DNA from: Candidatus Yonathbacteria bacterium RIFCSPHIGHO2_02_FULL_44_14 | GTDB lineage: Bacteria > Patescibacteriota > Minisyncoccia > Phycocordibacterales > UBA1550 | Assembly (NCBI GenBank): GCA_001823535.1 | Contig: MHUT01000022.1 | Location: forward strand, 1-44,342 | Direction: 5' to 3' | DNA: 44,342 nt | Shown here: in pieces, positions 35,405-44,342 of the stretch | Numbering within the stretch: the first letter of the stretch is position 1 | Layout of the letters: each line of letters starts with the position of its first letter | Notes under the pieces: generated by a model | Databases searched by the model: none | What the model was told of the DNA's origin: nothing | What the model saw: the letters and a program-made list of their open reading frames with translations, nothing else | Program-made: the position numbers and the translations under genes

Positions 35405-36223
35405 ATGATTATTTTTGCTCACCGCGGAATGAAGAACGAGATGCCAGAGAACACTATGCCAGCGTTCAAAAAAGCTTTTTCCTATGGTTTTGGTATCGAG
35501 TTTGACGTAAGGATGACTTTGGATAAAAATGTCGTTGTTATTCATGACAGGGACCTGTGGAGAATAACAGGGGAACACATTGATGTATCCTCCGTGTCTT
35601 TGGTAGAATTGCGTAAACTGAAGATTGGTAGTCATCTTAATCCGCAGTTTGTGGATACCATGATACCGACACTTGATGAAGTTTGTAAACTAATAATAAG
35701 TAATTTACCTGTTGGTCAAAAAGCTGCTATTCATTTAAAACAAGAAGAACAGACAGAAGAAATGTTGCAATCACTGTCTCGAGTTTTTAAAAACTTTGAT
35801 TTGTATCAAAAAGCTTTTATTTTTGACATGACTCTTGAAAATGCAAAAAAACTTAGAAGAATAAACAATAAAATCCCAATAGCTTTATCTGTCGGAGAGT
35901 GCAATTATAGTCCAACAGTGTATCTTTGGGATGAAATAGCTTCTAGTCTCGATAATTTTGATTACGTATGGCTTGATGAATGGAAATCACAAGGTGAAAT
36001 CCTAAACAAGGTTTTAGTCGACAAAATCAATAATACCAGAAAAGAAATTTATGCAATTTCCCCAGAGCTACACAAAGAACACGGACATCCGCAATCAGAA
36101 GAGGGATATGAAAATGTCTGGAAAAATTTGAATAAATGGGGAATTAGTGGTATATGTACTGCATATCCTGATAAATTAAAAACGATTCTAACTTCAGAAG
36201 CTCAACTGGTTTATAAAGACTAG
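35405..36223 (+). CDS. glycerophosphodiester phosphodiesterase (GDPD) family protein
   Basis: FAHRG, PENT..AF, IEFDVR.T.D...VVIHD, IPTL.E, GICT. Confidence 0.88.
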   Translation: MIIFAHRGMKNEMPENTMPAFKKAFSYGFGIEFDVRMTLDKNVVVIHDRDLWRITGEHIDVSSVSLVELRKLKIGSHLNPQFVDTMIPTLDEVCKLIISNLPVGQKAAIHLKQEEQTEEMLQSLSRVFKNFDLYQKAFIFDMTLENAKKLRRINNKIPIALSVGECNYSPTVYLWDEIASSLDNFDYVWLDEWKSQGEILNKVLVDKINNTRKEIYAISPELHKEHGHPQSEEGYENVWKNLNKWGISGICTAYPDKLKTILTSEAQLVYKD

Positions 36224-36234
36224 TTTTATAAAAT

Positions 36235-37149
36235 ATGGAAAAACAATTTAGTAACAAGGAGGTGGTAGACATGGTGCACAAAGCGAATGCCAAAGCTCAC
36301 GATTATCATTCAGAAATGCATGATAGGAATGTGCCCTACATACATCGGCCTAGTACGCGTGCGTACTACTGGCAGTTATTAAAGGATGCATGTAATAACA
36401 GTGGTAAAGATTTTAAGAATGCCTCTGTTCTTGAAGTTGGGTGTGGAACTGGAACTTTCACAGACTTAGTGTTATTAAATGGCGCTTCAAAATTTTATGG
36501 CATAGATTTAAGCCCAAAAATGATCAATGTGGCTCGTTTGAAAACAAAAGACAGCAGAGCTGTTTATGAGGTTGCTGCGTTGGAATTTTTTGCCGATAAA
36601 CATAAAAATGAATTTGATATAATTTTTAGTGCGTCTTTTCTGCATCACTTGGTTGATATTGAGCAGGGGGTTCAGTTGATAAAATCGATGCTAAAACCGG
36701 GCGGTGTTTATGTTGGCTTGCATGAACCCACGACTTCAAGACGATTCACTGTAATAGAAAGAGTTGATAATGATCTTCAGTATTTGTTCGGTTATTCTGG
36801 TTCAATATATACACCTTTGCACACAAGAATCAAAAATTTACTGAAAAATGTAGTTATAAGCATCTCCATGAGAGTAAAAGCACTCAATTTCTTATTGGAC
36901 GGTTACATAAAGACAAAAAAGTACATTAAACATAAACTTGGAATAAGTGGCAGCCTAACAGGAGAAGATATTCAGACTGAATCGAGAGTTAATTATGTTG
37001 ATTACCAGTTAAATAATGAATTTTCTCTGATAAAAAAAATAGGTTCTTTCGGCAAGGTGGTCCCGTATTGTTACTTAGGTTTTGTGGAATTGATGAAAAT
37101 TTCAAAACCATTAAATCACGAGATGTTTATAATGGTAAATAAAAAATAA
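36235..37149 (+). CDS. class I SAM-dependent methyltransferase
   Basis: VLEVGCGTG, GIDLS..M, FD, LHHL, LKPGG. Confidence 0.88.
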   Translation: MEKQFSNKEVVDMVHKANAKAHDYHSEMHDRNVPYIHRPSTRAYYWQLLKDACNNSGKDFKNASVLEVGCGTGTFTDLVLLNGASKFYGIDLSPKMINVARLKTKDSRAVYEVAALEFFADKHKNEFDIIFSASFLHHLVDIEQGVQLIKSMLKPGGVYVGLHEPTTSRRFTVIERVDNDLQYLFGYSGSIYTPLHTRIKNLLKNVVISISMRVKALNFLLDGYIKTKKYIKHKLGISGSLTGEDIQTESRVNYVDYQLNNEFSLIKKIGSFGKVVPYCYLGFVELMKISKPLNHEMFIMVNKK

Positions 37150-37173
37150 GGTGCTTATACAAATAGGAGCATT

Positions 37174-38274
37174 ATGGAGCATAAAATAAAAATTGCTATA
37201 CAAAATCCGATGTTCTGTGACTTAACAAATGTCAACGGATGGACTCTGAATTTTATAAAGATGTACAAACCCGTCATCTTTGTCTCAAATATAAAGTATA
37301 TAAGATATTTACCGAAGTTTTTTTATAAACACAAATTAAACCCATTTTCTTTTAGGGTTGTTTTTTCTCAAAATAAACTAAATACCTTGGCGGACGCGCT
37401 AGTTTGTTTTAACGGTAATTCATATCTCGAGGAAAATTGGCCAATAAAAGGATTTAAAAAGTTAAAAGTGAATCACCTTATGGATTACACATTTTACCCT
37501 TCACTTAGTCATGAAATTTTAAAAGCAAATGGGGTTGATTATGTGTTTGGGTATAATGAACATGATAAATATTGCAACTTTTTTAAAGAGAAATACCCAT
37601 CTTTTATAGGCAGAGTTATTCCAGTGCCGTTTGGCTTTGGTGAAAGATTTAAAAACATAAAACTTTTTGAAGAAAGAAAAAACAAGTGTCTTGCGCTTGG
37701 TTCAGTTAATTCGTTTGATGATCCTGTTCATAATATAGATGCGCTCAAGGAGACAAATGATTTTTTCTTGAAACGAGGGGAAAAATTTATGCATAAATTT
37801 AGACGAATGCTTAAGGAAAATGAAGAGAAATTAAAAGATATAATGGATAGCAAGCTACCAGATTACCCACAGACAAAAAACTTTAAGTACGATATCGTTA
37901 AAACACTCAACGATTACAAGATGTTTGTTAATTGCGAAAGTTTGCAATATTTCCCTTCAGGCAAGACTTTTGAGGGTCCTGCAAGCGGTTCTGTTTTAAT
38001 TTGCTCGGATCATCAGTGTTTTTCTGATTTAGGTTTTATCGACGGCGTTAATTGTATCAAGCATAGGGAGTTTGATATTGACGATTTCAAAAAAAAGGTT
38101 ACTTATTATTTAAATAATCCTGACGAGCTGAAGAAAATACAACAAGAGGGAACACGAATGGTGAGGGATAATTTCAGCCATAAAAAAATTGCACAGTATG
38201 TGCATGAAAAAATAATCCAACTGATTTTGAAAACTAAAGGCGAGAAATCAAAATCCAGGATTATCGGACAGTAA
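37174..38274 (+). CDS. glycosyltransferase (Glyco_trans_1_2 / CgeB-like)
   Basis: C-terminal K.FVN...KTFEGPASG..L, F.DG.NC, YYLNNP.E..KI...G. Confidence 0.75.
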   Translation: MEHKIKIAIQNPMFCDLTNVNGWTLNFIKMYKPVIFVSNIKYIRYLPKFFYKHKLNPFSFRVVFSQNKLNTLADALVCFNGNSYLEENWPIKGFKKLKVNHLMDYTFYPSLSHEILKANGVDYVFGYNEHDKYCNFFKEKYPSFIGRVIPVPFGFGERFKNIKLFEERKNKCLALGSVNSFDDPVHNIDALKETNDFFLKRGEKFMHKFRRMLKENEEKLKDIMDSKLPDYPQTKNFKYDIVKTLNDYKMFVNCESLQYFPSGKTFEGPASGSVLICSDHQCFSDLGFIDGVNCIKHREFDIDDFKKKVTYYLNNPDELKKIQQEGTRMVRDNFSHKKIAQYVHEKIIQLILKTKGEKSKSRIIGQ

Positions 38275-38279
38275 TTATT

Positions 38280-39092
38280 ATGAAACAAACTCCAACTATT
38301 TCAGTTTGCACGATTGTTAAGAACGAGCGCGATCGTATCGATGATTTTCTTGCCTCTCTTGTTGATTTTGCTGATGAGATTGTTGTTGTCGATACTGGTT
38401 CAACGGATGACACATGCGCATGTATAGAGAATTTTATTTCTGTACATAAATCGGCAAATATACGATTCTTCAAATATACGGCTACCGGAGGATTTCATTA
38501 TGGTGTCGCAAAGAACTTTTCCATAGATAAGGCAACAAAAAACTACGTTATTGTTCTTGATGCAGACGAAAGGCTGAGTGATGAATTTAAGCAAACCGTG
38601 CACAGTTTTCTTTCGGACCAAAACCCCAACGTGGCGAACGTTGTCAGGAAAGATGAATTGCTACCGCACCTCATTGATTTTCCTGAGCGGATTATAAGGC
38701 GCGATTCGGGGATACGGTATGGTGTAGATGATTTGGCTAAGGTTCATGAACAGCTCGTACATACAGCCACCGTAAAGAGCTTCCCCGGGGTTGTTTGGCA
38801 TGAACAGCGTTGGAACCATTATATTATGCGTCCTCAGCGGATTTTTTTTCAACTTGAACTCCAGATTGACCGTATTCCAAAGACAAAAAGTTTCTTCGGG
38901 CATTTTTTGCGCGGGATTTGGTATTTTTTCTATCGTTTTAAGAAAATATATTTTACCCGCAAGCTTTACAAAGATGGTGTTCTCGGATTTAAATACGCTT
39001 TCATGCGAGCATTTGATGCGTTTCTTGTTGAATTGTTTGTTGGACTCAAACCATCTGATGGGGGACAGTACTGGAGTATAATTAAAAAGTAA
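38280..39092 (+). CDS. glycosyltransferase family 2
   Basis: IVKNE, VVDTGSTDDT, LDADE (DXD), VHE, YKDG..G. Confidence 0.9.
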   Translation: MKQTPTISVCTIVKNERDRIDDFLASLVDFADEIVVVDTGSTDDTCACIENFISVHKSANIRFFKYTATGGFHYGVAKNFSIDKATKNYVIVLDADERLSDEFKQTVHSFLSDQNPNVANVVRKDELLPHLIDFPERIIRRDSGIRYGVDDLAKVHEQLVHTATVKSFPGVVWHEQRWNHYIMRPQRIFFQLELQIDRIPKTKSFFGHFLRGIWYFFYRFKKIYFTRKLYKDGVLGFKYAFMRAFDAFLVELFVGLKPSDGGQYWSIIKK

Positions 39093-39125
39093 CAACGAGG
39101 TAACTGTCAAAAATTTACTGTCGAT

Positions 39126-40427
39126 TTAAATCGATAGTAGATTTTTGGTTTCATTTTGTTTTATTTTCCCCCACATAATGTAGTTGATAACAAACCCAGA
39201 GGTAACCGAAAGTAGTCTGCTGAAAATAACGCCATTAATACCAAATGTTCCTACAAAGAGAAGGACAGAAGTTATGAATATGATCCCCGGTACATTCCAT
39301 AGATAGAGCATCTTTTTTGGTATAAATGTAATCTTTGATCCTATTGCTGCACCGAAAATTACTTGTGGTAATGATAATGCAATTACGAGGGAGAATAATT
39401 GTGAAGAAAATACAGAATCAAGGTATTTGGGAAAAAATATTTGATAAATATATGGCGCAATAAGAATATATGCAAAAGAAATAAAAGCCCCAAGTACAAA
39501 CAATATGAAAATTCTTTTTTTTAGAACCCCTTCGATTTCAAGTGAGGACCGAGTTGATAATTTTGGTATTGCGAGTGTGGGAATATTATTTAAAAGACCT
39601 CTTATTTGCGCGACTGGCGCAAGTGCAAAAGAGTATAGTGCAAGATTGACTGGACCAAGATAGTGAAAAACAAGTAATCCATCTATAGAGCCGATAAGGG
39701 CATCGAATATGTTGATCATACTTGAGTGTTTCCCGTAAGGAATGGTTTCTGGGTCAATTTTGTTGTTCGGAGGGAATTTTTTAATGGTGACTATAAAAAA
39801 AACAAAACGAAACAATGTCCATGATGCAAAATATACAAAGAGGATTATGAATAAATTTTTTGTAAAAAATAAACTTCCAGCCATCGCAATAGCACTACCA
39901 ATTTGGCTGAGCGCCGCATAAGTGGATGACAGATGGAACAGTTTCTTGCCATTTAAAAGGGCATTATAGATTCCAAATGAATCCATAAAAGGTGAAAATC
40001 CCGACGCAATCAAAAAGGATATAGCGAGGGTGTTATTCCCGTTGATGTAGTAATAGATTGCTATGCCTATACCGCTGACGGCGCTGAGAATACCCCATTT
40101 TATTTTTGTTTTTAGAGCAGGAATGAGTACCCCTTCAAAATTGCGGGCTACTGATTGAAGTACTGCAGAGTCCATTCCCCTCAATGTTAGTATGGTGAGG
40201 AGTCCTGTTATTGATAGAACATATTTGTACGTTCCGTATGTCTCTTTAGGTATAAGGTTCGCAAAAGCGATTGCTAGCGAAAAGATAACTACAGAAGAAG
40301 TGATTTGCCCTGAACCAAGCCAAAAACTGCCTCTTGCCAGATACACCATATCCGTTTTGAAGTATTTTTCGCTTTTGCGCAGGAGGCGATGGATATACAT
40401 TTTCACATGGTCGATGAGTTTTTTCAT
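39126..40427 (-). CDS. wzx: Wzx-type oligosaccharide flippase (MOP superfamily)
   Basis: Many hydrophobic segments in two halves; YG.Y.Y motif, D.L.V..YLG...LA.Y..A; located in a glycan locus. Confidence 0.8.
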   Translation of the reverse strand: MKKLIDHVKMYIHRLLRKSEKYFKTDMVYLARGSFWLGSGQITSSVVIFSLAIAFANLIPKETYGTYKYVLSITGLLTILTLRGMDSAVLQSVARNFEGVLIPALKTKIKWGILSAVSGIGIAIYYYINGNNTLAISFLIASGFSPFMDSFGIYNALLNGKKLFHLSSTYAALSQIGSAIAMAGSLFFTKNLFIILFVYFASWTLFRFVFFIVTIKKFPPNNKIDPETIPYGKHSSMINIFDALIGSIDGLLVFHYLGPVNLALYSFALAPVAQIRGLLNNIPTLAIPKLSTRSSLEIEGVLKKRIFILFVLGAFISFAYILIAPYIYQIFFPKYLDSVFSSQLFSLVIALSLPQVIFGAAIGSKITFIPKKMLYLWNVPGIIFITSVLLFVGTFGINGVIFSRLLSVTSGFVINYIMWGKIKQNETKNLLSI

Positions 40428-40504
40428 ATATTAAGTATGCTACAACATTCCTGCATTGTTGGGTAGTTTGGCGCAGGGCAGCGACATGGTATTATATTGA
40501 CGCT

Positions 40505-42448
40505 ATGAATATTCATAAGATTTTGGCGAATGCGGTCGTAATCGTGGGCTTCGCCCTAGTGCCGTTTATTCCGTTTGTCGTGCTCGGGGGAAACACATTT
40601 TTCCCTTATATCGTTGGTAAAAATTTCGCCTTCCGCATAATTGTTGAGATTATGTTTTCTGCGTGGATCGTTCTTGCGTACATCAATCCTGCGTATCGTC
40701 CAAAGAAAAGCTATTTGCTTGGCGCGTTTGTGGCGCTCCTTGGTATCATCACAATCTCTGCCATTTTTGGTGAAAATCCTGCGAAGAGCTTCTGGTCCAA
40801 TTTTGAACGAATGGAGGGTGTTGTGACTTATTTTCACTTATTCGCATATTTTATTATTGCGTCTACTGTTCTTACGGTGCGCAATCTATGGCGACCATAT
40901 CTTAACCTTCATCTCGCCACGGGTGTTGCAATGGCGATTTATGGCGTGTTCCAATGGGCTGGCGATCTAGAAATCGTGCAGGATGGCATGCGTGTGAATG
41001 GGACACTCGGCAATGCGGCGTACCTCGGCACTTATGCACTTTTCAATGTTTTTCTTGCAGCATTTTTTATGGTGCGCGAAAGTTTTACCACCACAGAGGA
41101 GAAAGTGCGCGTGGCGATGTATGGCGCAGTCGTCGTTCTTCAAACATTTGTGCTGTACCATACGGCCACGCGTGGCGCAATGCTCGGGCTCCTTGCAGGA
41201 GCTGGACTCGCAACGCTTCTCATTGCGCTGTTCGAGCGTGAAAAAAAGATTATCCGCAACGGCGCGATAGGAGTTCTTGTGGCGCTCACTATTTTTGTCG
41301 CTGGGTTTATTGCAATGCGTGACGCATCGTTTGTGCATGAAAGTCCTGTGCTCTCGCGCTTCGCAGCGATATCGCTCACCGAGCAAACCACGAAATCGCG
41401 CTTTATGATCTGGAATATGGCGTACCAAGGTTTCAAGGAGCATCCAGTGCTTGGGTGGGGGATGGAGAATTTTAATTATGTCTTCAATAAGTACTATGAC
41501 CCAAAGATGTATGGACAGGAGCAGTGGTTCGACCGCGCGCACAACGTGTTTTTTGATTGGCTTATTGCAGGCGGGTTGCCCGCACTCCTTGCATACCTCG
41601 CACTCTTTGCGTGTGCGGTGTATTGTATTTGGCGCCGCGCCGATGAACTTTCAGTCGTTGAAAAAAGTGTTCTTACCGGTCTCCTTGGCGGATATTTTTT
41701 TCAGAACCTTTTTGTGTTCGATAATATTACAAGCCTTATTTATTTTGGAACGATCCTTGCGTATGTTGAAGGTGTGAGTTACAAAACTCCCGCCTTTGTA
41801 AAGGAAAAAAATATAAAGAAACCAATGGCAGGCGAGGAAGATCTAACATTTATGGTTTCTGGCGGCGCTCTCATCCTCGCGCTCATGCTCGTCTATACAG
41901 TGAATTACAATGGCTTTATGCAGAATACGACGCTTATGCGCGCAATGAGCGAGCGCACAAAGGAGGGGCCGATGCATAATCTCGCGCTTTTTAGGGAAAC
42001 TCTTGCATATGGCTCGTTTGGAACATCGGAGGGGCGCGAACAGCTTGGGCAACTTTCAATGGGCGCATTTGATACCTCAAAGGGTGTTTCAGATATACAG
42101 AAGGCATTCCTCATTCTTGCTGATGAAGAGCTTCAAAAACAGGCGGCAGAACTCCCGCTTGATGCGCGGTATCAGCTTTTTGCAGGAAGTTTCCTTGCGC
42201 GTGTGGGACAGCTTGATAAAGCAATCGAATACCTTGAGAAAGCACATGCACTTTCACCAAAGAAGCAGACAATTTTATTTGATCTGGGAAGCGCATATTA
42301 CAACAAGAAAGACATGGTGAAGGCTGAAGCGACATTCAAGAAAGCGTACGAGCTTGCTCCAGAATACGGAGAAGCAAAAAAACTATATATTCAGATATTG
42401 GAAGCGAACGGTAAAAATGCCGAAGCCAAAAAGATTTCAAATCAGTAG
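40505..42448 (+). CDS. O-antigen ligase / O-oligosaccharyltransferase-like membrane protein with C-terminal TPRs
   Basis: Multi-TM; GTLGN, TATRGA, R..IW..A......PVLGWG, AHN conserved His; TPR consensus in the last ~100 aa. Confidence 0.88.
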   Translation: MNIHKILANAVVIVGFALVPFIPFVVLGGNTFFPYIVGKNFAFRIIVEIMFSAWIVLAYINPAYRPKKSYLLGAFVALLGIITISAIFGENPAKSFWSNFERMEGVVTYFHLFAYFIIASTVLTVRNLWRPYLNLHLATGVAMAIYGVFQWAGDLEIVQDGMRVNGTLGNAAYLGTYALFNVFLAAFFMVRESFTTTEEKVRVAMYGAVVVLQTFVLYHTATRGAMLGLLAGAGLATLLIALFEREKKIIRNGAIGVLVALTIFVAGFIAMRDASFVHESPVLSRFAAISLTEQTTKSRFMIWNMAYQGFKEHPVLGWGMENFNYVFNKYYDPKMYGQEQWFDRAHNVFFDWLIAGGLPALLAYLALFACAVYCIWRRADELSVVEKSVLTGLLGGYFFQNLFVFDNITSLIYFGTILAYVEGVSYKTPAFVKEKNIKKPMAGEEDLTFMVSGGALILALMLVYTVNYNGFMQNTTLMRAMSERTKEGPMHNLALFRETLAYGSFGTSEGREQLGQLSMGAFDTSKGVSDIQKAFLILADEELQKQAAELPLDARYQLFAGSFLARVGQLDKAIEYLEKAHALSPKKQTILFDLGSAYYNKKDMVKAEATFKKAYELAPEYGEAKKLYIQILEANGKNAEAKKISNQ

Positions 42449-42493
42449 AAGACCTCGACGCATTCATCGAAGATTGGATGTCTTATGGTGATT

Positions 42494-42509
42494 AGGAAGG
42501 GCGGTCCTT
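42494..42509. repeat. intergenic copy of the murD-embedded palindrome
   Basis: AGGAAGGGCGGTCCTT is identical to 3138-3153. Confidence 0.7.
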
Positions 42510-42585
42510 AGTAAAAAGTTATCCACAGATGAATGAGTAAAAATTATGGGTTTTTATAGGGACTTGGTAGAATTAAGTGAATTAT

Positions 42586-43215
42586 ATGAATATGGATGAG
42601 AACACAAAAATGAAGATTAAGAAGACGTGGACAGTGTTATGGAAGGGGGTTGTGGTTCTTGTTGCTATCTTTGTTACAGTGACTCTGTTGCGTGTTTTGT
42701 ATGTCTCAAAGAATACGCCAGCGCAGGTCACAAAAATACATGCGACGAAGCTCACGATGGATGATGTGATGGGGGTGAATCTACCGACTGATCCGGGTGC
42801 GGAAGCTGACAAAACCGTGGCAGGTATTGATGCGAATAAAAATGGTATTCGCGATGATGTGGAACTTGCTATTTTTAAAGAATATCCGGACTCTACAAAG
42901 ACGAGAGCGGTACTTTTGCAGTATGCGCTGGTGCTTCAGATGGAGATGACTTTGCCGATTTTGAATAGGGAAACAGCCACAGCTGTTGTGGAGGATAATG
43001 AAAGTAGGGCAGATATATGCTTATGGAGCCTCAGTTCTCGTGCAGATATGGATAAATTTATGAGGGAAACTGAAAAAAATGAAAACTTTGTTAAAGACCG
43101 TCAACTCAACACGGAAGAAAGAAAAAACTACCTGCATAATTTTTATAAATATGTGGGTAGCTATAGTGCATCAAATGATGGCTGTGACATAGATGTTTCT
43201 GAATTGCGAAACTAA
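42586..43215 (+). CDS. membrane-anchored hypothetical protein with DxNxNG Ca-binding-like motif
   Basis: N-terminal TM; GIDANKNGIRDDVE; two Cys; TG-TAGAAT upstream makes GTG 42577 too close to be the start. Confidence 0.75.
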   Translation: MNMDENTKMKIKKTWTVLWKGVVVLVAIFVTVTLLRVLYVSKNTPAQVTKIHATKLTMDDVMGVNLPTDPGAEADKTVAGIDANKNGIRDDVELAIFKEYPDSTKTRAVLLQYALVLQMEMTLPILNRETATAVVEDNESRADICLWSLSSRADMDKFMRETEKNENFVKDRQLNTEERKNYLHNFYKYVGSYSASNDGCDIDVSELRN

Positions 43216-43217
43216 AA

Positions 43218-44342
43218 ATGAAATTTAGTAAACAAAAACAACATACAAAATATGCAACTTATTTTTTAAGTGTGTTTACTTTTCTGACCCCGAATCTGTC
43301 ATACGCAGAATTTTTTCCTGGGCAGTGTTCACCTGTAGGCTACACGGTTGCTACAATAAATGGGGTGCTTACAGACGAAGAAGATGCAAAAGGGAATATG
43401 AGAGCGCTAAGGAAGACTTTTGGTCCGACACATAACAATCAAGAAATCGACTACCAGTACCTCCTCAACCCAATCCACTCTGGTGGTTTTGGTGATCTCG
43501 CCAATGTGCTCGTCCAAAAGGCCTTTGAAACTGAGACCGTCGCAGACTATGACCTAGTCGAAATGCTCAATGACGCTAGTCAGAAAGTTAAAACTCAAAA
43601 ACTCCTCCTCGTTGCCCATTCCCAGGGCAATTTTTATGCAAATAGTTTTTATGACGTTGTAACTACATATGATGGTGGCGTGCCTCCCCAATCAATCGGT
43701 GTATACGGCGTTGCAAACCCCGCAAGCCGTGTTGCTGGCGACGGAAAATGGCTCACTTCTGATACAGACAAAGTAATTGCCTGGGTCGTTGGGAATGTTC
43801 CGTTTAGAAAAATAAAGACTCCAAATACGCATATTCCCCTACAGTCCGGCGATGATTTTTCTGGCCACGGCTTCAGCGAAATATATTTGAAATATCGTTC
43901 TAAGGAAATCGTTGAAGACATACAGGCCTCGCTCGGCGGACTTTCAAAAAATACAACACAAAATGAAGGTGTACCATGCATCTCGCCTCCAAAAATTACT
44001 CTTGCGCATAAACAACAAAGGATAATCTACGCAGTTACTGACCCTATTTTAAATCCCGTTGGCGCTGGTACCTTGTGGACACTTGGCAAAGGAGTAAAGG
44101 GAACTGTTTTAGCGTACAACACAACAGAAGCTTTTGCAAAATGGGCAAGCCACATGGAAGCAATTGCCATTGTCTGGACATACAGCACCTCTGTCGCCGT
44201 CGCTGTCTGGACATACGATACAACGGTGGCGGTAGGAAAGGCCGTTGGCAGTGTAGTAGTTGCTGTTTCTTCCGCTGTGTATAACGCTATTGCATCGGGA
44301 TTGTCTAGTAGTGGGTCGGTTGCAAGTAGCAATAGTGCATCA
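43218..44342 (+). CDS. secreted alpha/beta hydrolase (lipase/esterase-like), truncated by window end; not in ORF track
   Basis: Open for 375 codons from ATG 43218; signal-like N-terminus, INGV oxyanion region, LLLVAHSQGNFYAN elbow (Ser 43620), candidate Asp in SDTDKV and His in GHGF. Confidence 0.85.
   Translation, partial: MKFSKQKQHTKYATYFLSVFTFLTPNLSYAEFFPGQCSPVGYTVATINGVLTDEEDAKGNMRALRKTFGPTHNNQEIDYQYLLNPIHSGGFGDLANVLVQKAFETETVADYDLVEMLNDASQKVKTQKLLLVAHSQGNFYANSFYDVVTTYDGGVPPQSIGVYGVANPASRVAGDGKWLTSDTDKVIAWVVGNVPFRKIKTPNTHIPLQSGDDFSGHGFSEIYLKYRSKEIVEDIQASLGGLSKNTTQNEGVPCISPPKITLAHKQQRIIYAVTDPILNPVGAGTLWTLGKGVKGTVLAYNTTEAFAKWASHMEAIAIVWTYSTSVAVAVWTYDTTVAVGKAVGSVVVAVSSAVYNAIASGLSSSGSVASSNSAS

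Noticed and set aside
42519-42527. Perfect DnaA box TTATCCACA as replication origin
   Set aside because: Single intergenic box; no box cluster, unwinding element or dnaA/dnaN nearby
2666-42812. Numerous 60-195 aa antisense or alternate-frame ORFs within long genes
   Set aside because: Nested in or largely overlapping motif-supported CDSs; no independent signals
43649-44332. ORFs 43649-43981(-), 44027-44332(-) and 44075-44284(+)
   Set aside because: Shadows of the real plus-strand hydrolase ORF starting at 43218
1-44342. Alternative genetic code (TGA=Gly, as in Gracilibacteria/SR1)
   Set aside because: All conserved genes are full length under code 11, and TGA ends the nucleotidyltransferase at 4545-4547

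Overview
Bacterial chromosomal window read with code 11. Gene content (CPR-type VirD4/TrwB-like ATPase, lamin-tail/PKD surface protein, DUF4015, O-antigen-ligase/TPR protein, few SD sequences) suggests Patescibacteria/CPR (Parcubacteria-like); this is an inference. Layout: (1) 1-2.1 kb holds six orphan microproteins, most with their own sigma70 promoter, SD and terminator, plus a 155-bp hairpin element. (2) tRNA-Ile(GAT), preceded by an altered copy of its own 5' portion. (3) murD, a nucleotidyltransferase, murC, rsmI, a DUF4015 hydrolase, a VirD4-like ATPase, an LTD/PKD protein and a TPR-like orphan. (4) A ~30 kb surface-glycan locus (12.2-42.4 kb): 7 GT4, 3 GT2, 1 CgeB-like GT, a DXD-less GT-A orphan, 2 SDR epimerases, 2 UDP-GlcNAc 2-epimerases, AsnB, 5 SAM methyltransferases, an IMPase/kinase pair, a HAD-nucleotidyltransferase-GDPD module, a Wzx flippase and a WaaL/PglL-like TPR protein. 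(5) A DxNxNG protein followed by a secreted AHSQG alpha/beta hydrolase that runs off the window end and is missing from the ORF track. No CRISPR array, rRNA, integrase or transposase was seen. Best candidates for new biology: the tRNA-mimic leader, the glycan-to-protein transfer locus with its phospho- and methyl-decoration modules, the lipase/partner pair, and palindromic repeats embedded in Mur ligases. All calls come from motif reading; no database searches were run.
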